Notes: a model not told the origin generated them from the sequence alone. 21,736 nucleotides of DNA from Chlamydiales bacterium (GCA_965206695.1 CBDBKM010000006.1:1-21736); one strand, 5' to 3'. Positions 1 through 8,269 are shown, counted from the stretch's first letter. Program-made: numbers and translations.

Positions 1-966
1 TAATCTCGTTCTTCAATACTTAATGAGTACATATTTTCACGATAGTTATCCCAGTGTCCGGATATTTCCCATAATTCTCGAGTCATTATCATGGGTGTTT
101 TAATTTCCTGATATCCACTTTGCCGACGTCTATTTCGAGAATGGTCAAGTAGCTTATTCCAGATTATCATGCCATGAGGGTGAATAAAAGGCATACCCGG
201 AGCTTCTTCCTTAATTGAAAAAAGATCTAATTTAGGCCCTAGAATTTTATGATCACGTTTTTTCGATTCTTCCATTTGCAGAAGATATTGCCTTAGTAGC
301 TTCCGATCGGGAAAGGTAATGCCATAGATTCGAGTCAACATTTCATTATCCGAATCGGCCCGCCAATAAGCTCCGGATGTTTTAAGGATTTACGGCCTTA
401 ATTTTACCTAATTTAGGTAAATGAGGACCTCGACAAAGATCGAAAAACTCCCCTTGTTCATATGCTGTAATTTCATCATCTTCAGCAAAACTTTCAATCA
501 ATTCACATTTATATTTATTGTGATTAAATGCTTTTAGCGCTTCTGCTTTTGTATTAAATTTTTTTCTGTGAGTAGAAAAATTTGAGTTGATAATAGACTG
601 CATTTCTTTTTCAATTTTTTCAAAATCATTATCCGATATGACTAAATTTGCAAAATCATAATAAAACCCACTTTCAATAGGTGGGCCGATTGTTGGTTGG
701 GCATCAGGCCAAAGACGTAAGACTGCTTGGGCCAAAATATGAGCAGATGTATGCCAAAAAATTTCCTTGCCTTCGGATGTATCGAAATTAATGATATGTA
801 CATCATCACCTTTTTTTAAAATATGAGACATATCATAATTTTTTCCATTGATACGGGCTCCTAATGCTTTATCCGGCCCGGTCAGTTTAAGTTGATGAGC
901 AAGATCTAAAACGGTACTATTATCACTTAATTCAAACATGGATTCATTTTCTAATTTAATTTTCAT
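1..966 (-). CDS. thrS: Threonine--tRNA ligase, 5' portion (runs off window), interrupted by one frameshift at ~390
   Basis: 966..382 has a TGS domain and editing-domain motifs WHTSAHILAQAV, IGPPIESGFYYDF, DLCRGPH. A second frame from 389 to the edge is stop-free and reads ILKTSGAYWRADSDNEMLTRIYGITFP...KRDHKILG...APGMPFIHPHG...GYQEIKTP...LWEISGHWDNYRENMY, typical ThrRS. Confidence 0.95.
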
Positions 967-1071
967 GAGTTTTTATTTATAAGCTTGAAATCGAAAAAAA
1001 AATTGCATTTTACCTAACTTATGCACAAAAAGAAAGATGAATTGTTAACATTTTCAAATTTAGGATAACAA

Positions 1072-3987
1072 TTGAAAAATTTAAACACAATCTTTGAGAA
1101 TGTTTCGTTTGAGAACAGTAATTCTCAATTATATCAAAAAGCATGGTTGTATGTAACCGAAAATGAAAAGCTATCCCCTTTAGAAAAAAAAATTATTAAT
1201 CCTTACGTTGAACTTACAAATGCTTTAGATGCCTTAGCTGTGCAAGAAAGTTGCTTGGTTCGAAGTCAATTGAAATGTCGAACGCTAGCATCTTTATTAA
1301 TCGATGATCAAGGGGATCTTGATCAAGACCTATTGTTAAAAGTTATAGAAATTTTTAAAAAAAAGCTTTACTCTATCGGGCCGGGTCAAGAAGCTGATTC
1401 CACTAGCATGGAACACTTATTAAGAGGGTTAACTCAGATATCCGAAGACCCTCAAATATCAGATTTTATAAAAAATATTACAAAACCATTTTCTCATCAG
1501 TATGCAGATGATTTAATAAGAGTTTCTCTGGCTTTATCCAAAGATGTTAATGTCTCGGATGTGCAGACGAAAAGAGCGGTATTGTCAGCTTGGCTATGTT
1601 TATTAAGGCAAAATCTTGGGTCTTGTTTTGCCACTGCTCCAGCGATATTAATTCAAATAGAACAGCCGCAGCAATTATTAGAAGATATAGAAGAATTGTT
1701 ATCTACCGGAAGGTTAAGCAGAATCATTGATGGAAACGTATACGAAGTTCCTTTAAGTCTTTCTTGGGGAAATGGTGGTTTAAAAAAACCATTTTTATAT
1801 CACCCTCAATTATTTCCTATCTGGAAATCTTATGGACTTATGTTTGCTTTAAAAGCAGCTCATATATTTTCTTCTGAGACATCTTTGTGTGAATGTGAAG
1901 CAACATTAAAAGCATTATTAGATCAAACGAGTTTATTTTCTGAACAAAGATCTAGAATGATTACGATGGATTATTTAATTCGTTTAGTCTTAATGCAAAA
2001 AAATCAGATTACTGAACAAGATTTAGAGGCAATGCAAACTCAAGAAAAAAAATTCGTTTTACCCGGAACTCTTGTAATTAATCCTAAAAACAGTACGAAT
2101 CTAAAAAATCAAGAGCTGTCTTTAAAAGCATTTAACGAACAGTATACAATGGCTAAAAATGCATTTAAAAGAATGACAGATCATCCGTTACTAAAAGCTT
2201 GGGAATTTTCATTAGCTTCATTTTCAGAAAGTAAAACAAATGTATATCGATGGAACCTCTATTTAAGTTTGGGTTTTGACAAGAATGAAAAATGGGGAAT
2301 AGGAAATTGTATTTTCAACTATTTAGACATGAAGGTAAAGGAATTAAATCAAATTATAAAAGAAAACCAACTTAAATATGAAGATGCGTTTTACAGAGCG
2401 AAGTCGTTAGAAGCCGGGTTAAAAGGGATTGGTGACGGAGGGTCTGGTTGGGAAAAAATTGAATATAGAAATGTGGCTCATGAAATGAATACATTTCTTG
2501 AAATAAGAAATAAAAGTTTTGAAAAAGGGAAGGTTCTATCAAATTTATTTGATTTTATACTTAGCCAATTAGACTCTAAATTTCCTGATTATTTTCAGGA
2601 AATATATGATCCTGAAATGCAGGATGTAAATCCGGGTCTATATGACGATAGTCCTGCCGGGTTTCGTCTATTATATAAACACGGTAGAAGTAACACTTCA
2701 CAATGGAACCTTATTGATAACGCAGAAGGATTCATACATTATCTTAGCGATTTTTTCAGAGCTGTAGAAGTTGATTTGAGATCTAGGTCTGAATTGGAAT
2801 CAGTACAAAAGGAAATTATTGATATTATAACTGAGATAATAACTTTAATAAAAACGGACGAGTTTTTGGTTACTTCCTTTAATCGGATCTCTCGAGCAAG
2901 AGAAAAAACCACACAAACAGATCCTCTTAATAATTTAGAAAAAGTTAAATTTAAACCTTGGGCTTATATTTCCGGTGGTACCATGGGAAATTTGGTTAGT
3001 TGCTATTTTAGATATCCGGGATTACTAACAGAGCAGGGTAAAAATATTGAAAGTGAAACAGAGTTGTTGGTATTTCTTCTTGATCTAATAAAAGAGCTGC
3101 CTCCCTTAATATCCCAAAACTTTAAAACAAACCCGGAAAAATCACTTTTAATGTCTTCACCAACCCATGCATTTTTGTTGAAGCCGGGACTTTCATCTTT
3201 TAGACGGGGTTGGGAAAGTAAAGAATATACTTATACTTGGGTTAGAGATTCCGTCATCATTCCTGCTCGAAATTTTTTACATAATGTATTGCTGGATGAA
3301 GAAATTATGTCGAATTTTATTAATTTCTTGGCTTCAAAGTTCCCTCCTTATTTTGGCCATCTTATTAAGAAAAGCTTTCAAAGTCGTTGGAGGGATATGA
3401 ATTTAAAAGTATTTAGAGATTATATTATTCAAATTCTACTAAATGATACAACGCAATTCCAAATGCATAAGATTTTCTCTGAAGAACAAATTGATAGTTA
3501 TATTTATGAGTTTTTTCCCGCATGTAAGGGTGGGTTATTGAAAGAGAAAATTCAACAAATCCTCTTATTGCTTCCTCAATATCAAGAAGCAGACGTAAAT
3601 AATATGATGAAGATTTTTGACGGTTTACCATTACCCTCTTTAAGGTTTCATGTCTTTTGTTCCATTAGAGTTTTTGAATTAATCAAAACTCTAATTCTTT
3701 TATACGAATCTAAAAGTACATCTCAATTTGATATTTCGAGATTGGTTTATGAGGCTATGCAAAAGGAAGGATTAGCTATGCCGAAACCAATTTTATTTGC
3801 AGATACGAATTGGCCTAAGAGTTATTTTGCTTTTGTCGTAAACCCGGGAACAGACAATTTGGAATTATGGAGAACGGATGAGCAAGGTATGAATGGGATA
3901 CAAATGAAAAGTTGGAAAAAATGGTTAGATGGTTCTACTCAAAAAGAGTGGGGCGTTTTTACGGATCCGAATCAATATTCGGGATAA
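1072..3987 (+). CDS. Large hypothetical protein (971 aa), probably a Chlamydiae-conserved family
   Basis: Long open frame with TTG start preceded by AGGA; no signal peptide or obvious TM segments; conserved-looking blocks RQNLGSCFATAPAI, YDDSPAGFRLLYKHGR, PWAYISGG, SPTHAF, FADTNW. Confidence 0.85.
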   Translation: MKNLNTIFENVSFENSNSQLYQKAWLYVTENEKLSPLEKKIINPYVELTNALDALAVQESCLVRSQLKCRTLASLLIDDQGDLDQDLLLKVIEIFKKKLYSIGPGQEADSTSMEHLLRGLTQISEDPQISDFIKNITKPFSHQYADDLIRVSLALSKDVNVSDVQTKRAVLSAWLCLLRQNLGSCFATAPAILIQIEQPQQLLEDIEELLSTGRLSRIIDGNVYEVPLSLSWGNGGLKKPFLYHPQLFPIWKSYGLMFALKAAHIFSSETSLCECEATLKALLDQTSLFSEQRSRMITMDYLIRLVLMQKNQITEQDLEAMQTQEKKFVLPGTLVINPKNSTNLKNQELSLKAFNEQYTMAKNAFKRMTDHPLLKAWEFSLASFSESKTNVYRWNLYLSLGFDKNEKWGIGNCIFNYLDMKVKELNQIIKENQLKYEDAFYRAKSLEAGLKGIGDGGSGWEKIEYRNVAHEMNTFLEIRNKSFEKGKVLSNLFDFILSQLDSKFPDYFQEIYDPEMQDVNPGLYDDSPAGFRLLYKHGRSNTSQWNLIDNAEGFIHYLSDFFRAVEVDLRSRSELESVQKEIIDIITEIITLIKTDEFLVTSFNRISRAREKTTQTDPLNNLEKVKFKPWAYISGGTMGNLVSCYFRYPGLLTEQGKNIESETELLVFLLDLIKELPPLISQNFKTNPEKSLLMSSPTHAFLLKPGLSSFRRGWESKEYTYTWVRDSVIIPARNFLHNVLLDEEIMSNFINFLASKFPPYFGHLIKKSFQSRWRDMNLKVFRDYIIQILLNDTTQFQMHKIFSEEQIDSYIYEFFPACKGGLLKEKIQQILLLLPQYQEADVNNMMKIFDGLPLPSLRFHVFCSIRVFELIKTLILLYESKSTSQFDISRLVYEAMQKEGLAMPKPILFADTNWPKSYFAFVVNPGTDNLELWRTDEQGMNGIQMKSWKKWLDGSTQKEWGVFTDPNQYSG

Positions 3988-4175
3988 TTTTTCTTATCCA
4001 AGTTTTAGAAAAATTTCAATCTAGATTAACTTATGTTTAAAAATACGAAATACAATAAAGCTGATAAATCAAGTTTTGAATAAAAATTTTTGGCAAATTA
4101 ATAAAAAAAAACCATTTTTTTTAAAGCTGCTATATTTTGAAATAAATTCATAAAAAAAAGAAGATAATAAATTAA

Positions 4176-4191
4176 CCGACATTCCTAGACC
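4176..4191. repeat. Terminal inverted repeat of IS1634 element (downstream of transposase)
   Basis: Exact reverse complement of 5928-5943. Confidence 0.93.
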
Positions 4192-5852
4192 TCTAAACAA
4201 GTTTTTCTAATTAAGCCATACATCCTCATTGCAGTCTTTCCAAACAAAACAATAATCTTTTTCCGAAGACGGGTTAAATTTGTGATCATTTCTTTACAAA
4301 TTCTCCGGGAAGTCTTCTGAAAAAAACGGATTATTCCGATACCTTCCATAATTTGGAAAATCCATCTTAATGTTGGATTTTTGACTTCCTTTCCTAATTG
4401 GTTGGGTAATGTCTCTTCTGTTTCTATCAATTTTTGTCGAAGTTGATATTGTCCGATATTATAAACCATTAAACACAATGTCATAACCATCATTAATGCT
4501 TCAATGCGTCGAGGGGTTTTTAAAAAAATAGAATCAACCATAAACCAAGGATCTTTTAAAAAGCGAAACCCTCCTTCAACCTTTTGCTGTTCTTTATATT
4601 CTTCTAACATCATCTCATCTTTATAATTTTCTCTATCGGTGTCATTCGCAGCTAAAATAAACCGTCCTTTTCTATTCATCAGTTTATTAATTTCTTCTTC
4701 TTCCCTTTCAAAGCTAGCATGAATCTTGTATCCAACAACTTGTTTTTCCTCTCCTTGTTTAGGTTTGCCTAATTTACCATATTTTAGAATCGGCAATATC
4801 TCACTATTCATGGAATATAAATGATTTTTTTTAGTCAATCTGCCCCAAGCTTTTTTAGCATCACTTTCGCATTTAAATTCCTCATTACCCAAATGCCAAA
4901 GTTGTTTCTTGAGCTTTTCTTCTGCCTTGGTCAATTTTTTTTCTAATGATTTTATCTCTCTCTGATAGGCTTGCTCTGAAAAAACCAAAAGCCATCTTTG
5001 TTTAATCCCTCCATAAAAAGAGGTGAAGCTGCATGTTTTATATCCTTTCTCCTGATCAATCCAATCAATTTCTTCTTCCGGTTTTTCTACTAATCTTTTT
5101 GCTTCTCCTATTATCTCGGGAACTCGGGTGAGCCATTTATAATCATTATTTTTTAAGAGCTTTTCTTTTGTGTATAACGCTGAATCGGCAACCCACTTCA
5201 ACTTTGTTTTTACATCAATCTGTTGTTGAAATTCACTGATTTTTTTGAGCGTCTCATGAAAACTTGCTTTATCAGAACTATTGCCGTCTAAGGCTTCCAT
5301 CCATAGAGGCATAGAACTCGGACCATTGGTAACGAGAGAAAGTACAACTTGTTTCAAATCAGGTCTATGATCTTTAGAATAACCCTGCTTAATCTCAATC
5401 ACTTGCGGATCATCTTTCACTTCATACGACCCATGAACGGAAAAGCTTGTTGTATCTAGATGATGCGTTTTTTGTAGTAAATCATGGTCTAGGGCTATTC
5501 CAAAAGAAACTTCAGCAAATAATTTACTGCTCCCATATTTCGCAATATCATCCAAAGCATGACCTAAAGTATAATCTGTGAGATCTTCTGCTCGAAGATC
5601 GTTGCCAAGTAAATTCTCTATCGATTTAGAAGCAAAAAATTGATGTGTTAGGTAGAGACGTCTATTAGTAAACCCTAATCCATTCAGAATCATTGCAATT
5701 ACTGCCTGTCCCGCACTTACTTTTCTTTGTGGATGATTTTTTAATCCGGTATCAATCCTTTCCGCTATTTTTAGATCGCTGCAAAGTGCTGCAATTAATC
5801 CATGGTGATCCATGTTCACTGTTTGAATATTATCTCCTGCAACTTCCGGCAT
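4185..5852 (-). CDS. IS1634-family DDE transposase (555 aa)
   Basis: Motifs HLDTTSFS, GYSKDHRPDLKQ, WVADSALY, VEGGFRFLK; AGGAG upstream of the ATG; stop codon falls inside the terminal inverted repeat. Confidence 0.93.
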   Translation of the reverse strand: MPEVAGDNIQTVNMDHHGLIAALCSDLKIAERIDTGLKNHPQRKVSAGQAVIAMILNGLGFTNRRLYLTHQFFASKSIENLLGNDLRAEDLTDYTLGHALDDIAKYGSSKLFAEVSFGIALDHDLLQKTHHLDTTSFSVHGSYEVKDDPQVIEIKQGYSKDHRPDLKQVVLSLVTNGPSSMPLWMEALDGNSSDKASFHETLKKISEFQQQIDVKTKLKWVADSALYTKEKLLKNNDYKWLTRVPEIIGEAKRLVEKPEEEIDWIDQEKGYKTCSFTSFYGGIKQRWLLVFSEQAYQREIKSLEKKLTKAEEKLKKQLWHLGNEEFKCESDAKKAWGRLTKKNHLYSMNSEILPILKYGKLGKPKQGEEKQVVGYKIHASFEREEEEINKLMNRKGRFILAANDTDRENYKDEMMLEEYKEQQKVEGGFRFLKDPWFMVDSIFLKTPRRIEALMMVMTLCLMVYNIGQYQLRQKLIETEETLPNQLGKEVKNPTLRWIFQIMEGIGIIRFFQKTSRRICKEMITNLTRLRKKIIVLFGKTAMRMYGLIRKTCLEV

Positions 5853-5927
5853 AACTTTTCTCCTTGTATCAAATAAAAAGTAACAGGATAGGCAATCTAT
5901 AATTCTAATTCAAAAAAAATATCTTAC

Positions 5928-5943
5928 GGTCTAGGAATGTCGG
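5928..5943. repeat. Terminal inverted repeat of IS1634 element (upstream of transposase)
   Basis: Exact reverse complement of 4176-4191. Confidence 0.93.
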
Positions 5944-6361
5944 AATTAACTCATTGATTATTAGCTTTTTATACTTAAATTAGAGGCTCGTTATCTCATT
6001 TAAATGTCCTGATTATTAAGGTAATAGAAAACCAAGATCAAATAATATTATTGCAAAAGTAAATAAAAATGTGTTACGTAAAAAAACTTAATTGTAACGT
6101 AATTTTTTATTTGTTCTTCAAACTACTGATGTGATATTTGGGTTCGGGAACAAAAAAACTGAGAATCATGGAAAATAAGAAAAAAAATCTGAATCGAAAT
6201 TACGGTAAGTTTTTTTGCGAAAGATTTTTCTATAGCAAGAAGAATACGAAGCTGAAAAATAAGAATTTGCCTATAAATCACATAAGAGATTCTGATTTTT
6301 TTATAAAGTATAAGAAAAATATGTTTACAAAAAACGTAAAGGTTTTTTATATATTTCCATG

Positions 6362-6456
6362 ATACCTCAAGATGTGTTTGTCCGTTTGCCAAAAAAAGCA
6401 AACGCATAAGCAGATCTTGAGGTGTGAATCGCCTTAGAGACAGCTCTAAGGGGATT
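6362..6456 (+). promoter_or_regulatory. Two-hairpin structured element, probable 5' leader of OMP gene 1
   Basis: ACCTCAAGAT (6364-6373) pairs with ATCTTGAGGT (6414-6423); CGTTTGC (6383-6389) pairs with GCAAACG (6398-6404); the intervening stem has G-U pairs on the + strand. Second hairpin CCTTAGAG (6432-6439)/CTCTAAGG (6444-6451), extended by AATC/GATT. Confidence 0.6.
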
Positions 6457-6515
6457 TGTTTTAAGGTGGGAAATAAATGATTAAGCTATGAAGCTATATA
6501 AAAGAACAAACAAGA

Positions 6516-7808
6516 ATGGGGATAGCTATGAAGGTAGTTAAATATGTATTACCGATGCTGGTGGCACTGGGTGTATCTTTCTCCATTTACGCGTCTTCTA
6601 ACGATGACCCTCTAGGTAATAGTACAGGGGCACTCGACGTGGTAAATGAAAAAGATACCTGGGCAGTACGAGACTGGTTGAAGTCAAAGAGAGTTGCTCT
6701 TAACAACAAGGGTGGCGATCTATCTGTCAGTGGTGAGGTTCGCACTGAATGGAGAAATGTACATGAAAAATTGAACGGTGTTAGACAAGTTGGCATCAAT
6801 TCTGTTAGCGGTTTAGCTAACAATCAGTTTGATGTAGAAGTAAACTTATACTTCGATTACAAAGCTGATAAAACATGGGCGGCTATTAAACTAGAGTTTG
6901 ATAACGCAATGGGTAGATTAACAGGTGATGTTAATCAGATCGCTTTGGAAAGAGCATATTTGGGATACCATCTTTTTGATGATGGTGTTTCACGTTTAGA
7001 CCTAATGGTCGGTCGTCAAAGAATGTATGACCTATATGATTCAGAAATACAATTTAACTCTACTGCAGACGGATTTACTGCAACATATGCTGTAAGCTTT
7101 GAAAGTGTTGGTGATTTCCTTGTCAAAGGTGGAGGTTATCTTGTTGATGCCAGACAAGCCCATCCTGTATGGATTATCGAAGCCGGTATTTTTGATATCG
7201 GTGATACAGGCCTATACTTTGAGTATTCATTTGTAGACTGGTCTAAAAACGGGAACCCTAATCTTAGTTCTAGAAACGTTAATGCATTCAAATTTATCAA
7301 TAACCAATTTATTTTAGGATATGTATTTGATCCGGCAATGGTTTATGTAGATGCTAGATTCTTTGGTGGTATTTTATGGAATGCTGATGCAGATAAAAGA
7401 GCTCTAAAAAGACTAACAGGTGTAAACACTAGAGCTAATTTAGGTTGGTGGATAGCACTACAAGTTGGTAAGTTAGAAAAAGCGATGGATTGGGCCGGTC
7501 AAGTTCAATGGCAGGTATCTGAAGCGCAAGCAGTGCCGGATTTCGATGTATCAGGTATTGGTCGAGGTAATAGCCAGAATTCAGCTTTCTTTACAACAGG
7601 CCCGGGGTCTACAACAGTGAATGTATTTCCCGGCCAGTTGGCACAAGGTGATTCTAACTATAGTGGTTTCGAAATCGATTTCATGTATGCATTAACAAAT
7701 GAAATTGTATTAGAAGCTAGATTACAAAGAGCACTTGCTAAATCAAGATCACTTGGCGGGCCATTAAGCTACACCAATTTCCAACTTGAAGCAATCTATG
7801 GATTCTAA
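6516..7808 (+). CDS. Outer-membrane beta-barrel protein / putative porin, chlamydial CT623 (76-kDa homolog)-like family, paralog 1
   Basis: Signal peptide, alternating beta-strand pattern, AVPDFDVSGIGRGN motif, C-terminal ...AIYGF ending in Phe. True start may be ATG 6528 (GGGGA at 6518-6522). Confidence 0.85.
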   Translation: MGIAMKVVKYVLPMLVALGVSFSIYASSNDDPLGNSTGALDVVNEKDTWAVRDWLKSKRVALNNKGGDLSVSGEVRTEWRNVHEKLNGVRQVGINSVSGLANNQFDVEVNLYFDYKADKTWAAIKLEFDNAMGRLTGDVNQIALERAYLGYHLFDDGVSRLDLMVGRQRMYDLYDSEIQFNSTADGFTATYAVSFESVGDFLVKGGGYLVDARQAHPVWIIEAGIFDIGDTGLYFEYSFVDWSKNGNPNLSSRNVNAFKFINNQFILGYVFDPAMVYVDARFFGGILWNADADKRALKRLTGVNTRANLGWWIALQVGKLEKAMDWAGQVQWQVSEAQAVPDFDVSGIGRGNSQNSAFFTTGPGSTTVNVFPGQLAQGDSNYSGFEIDFMYALTNEIVLEARLQRALAKSRSLGGPLSYTNFQLEAIYGF

Positions 7809-7836
7809 TTATTAGCACAATTGCTTAGATATATAT

Positions 7837-7868
7837 AAAAAGGAGCTCAATTTTGAGCTCCTTTTTTT
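7837..7868. terminator. Intrinsic terminator, probably bidirectional
   Basis: AAAAAGGAGCTCAA-TT-TTGAGCTCCTTTTTTT: perfect stem with a T run on the + side and an A run on the other. Confidence 0.88.
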
Positions 7869-7887
7869 GGAGATAAAGGGGGGTGAA

Positions 7888-8160
7888 TTTTTCATACGGA
7901 GAAAAGATTGACCTCAACCTTAGGGACTCCTCATTCAACGATCACTGCTCGAGGAACAAAGCTTGGTTTTCGCAATAAAAATTCCCAAAGGGGAATTTTT
8001 ACGGTCTTCAATCAACCCATGTTCTCCGAGTCTGACATGATCTTCAAAGACTTAACTTACTCACGCCTTCTACCGGCAGGCTACAGAGTTAATTGCTTTT
8101 TACAAAAGTGCGTGTGTAAGGTGAGTAACTTATCGACTGCCTCACGGTAGATCTACAAAG
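7888..8160 (-). ncRNA. TnpB omegaRNA-like structured RNA (scaffold ~8150-7908 plus putative guide 7907-7888)
   Basis: Ordered motifs CTACCGTGAGGCA, GAAGATCATGTCAGAC, GCAGTGATCGTTGAA, GAGGTCAA resemble TnpB right-end RNAs as recalled; nested stems with G-U pairs on the minus strand; TATACT at 8174-8169 upstream; terminator at 7868-7837 downstream. Confidence 0.65.
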
Positions 8161-8258
8161 ATAGGAATAGTATACAAGATATTAGAGTTAACAAGAATAC
8201 GAAACAAAGCTTTAATCGAGACGTTCTCATCTCAATGCTTAAGCAAAGGGTTTTCTCG
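7908..8258 (-). mobile_element. Non-autonomous IS200/IS605-family derivative (left end + omegaRNA-like region + right end; no tnpA/tnpB)
   Basis: Minus strand starts TTAAG|CGAGAAAACCCTTTGCTTAAGCATTGAGATGA, aligning with the IS end at 21612-21648 (TTAAA|CAAGAAAACCCACCTTTTTAAGGGTGGGATGA), and ends ...TGAGGTCAA, the TCAA-type right end of this family. Confidence 0.65.
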
Positions 8259-8269
8259 CTTAATAAATA

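Larger units (their letters stand above)
4176..5943 (-). mobile_element. IS1634-family insertion sequence, 1768 bp
   Basis: Perfect 16-bp terminal inverted repeats CCGACATTCCTAGACC (4176-4191) and GGTCTAGGAATGTCGG (5928-5943), flanked by direct repeat AATTAA (4170-4175, 5944-5949), enclosing one transposase ORF. Confidence 0.93.

Noticed and set aside
6072..6102. GTTAC...GTAAC and TTACGT...ACGTAA inverted motifs upstream of OMP1
   Set aside because: Too short to separate from chance in AT-rich DNA without comparative data.
6123..6407. Short ORFs 6123-6407 (-) and 6138-6362 (+)
   Set aside because: Low-complexity K/N/F/I-rich translations of AT-rich intergenic DNA with no clear RBS.
7908..8150. 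80-aa + strand ORF (TTG start, GGAG upstream)
   Set aside because: No recognisable motif; coincides with the antisense of the structured RNA, and its TTG is the complement of the TCAA right end. A small protein is not formally excluded.
7878..8160. tmRNA, RNase P RNA, SRP RNA or group II intron as identity of the structured region
   Set aside because: GGGGGTG lacks a matching tRNA-like 3' end and tag ORF; no GAGGAAAGTCC or SRP loop motif; GTGCG at 8108 has no domain V downstream.
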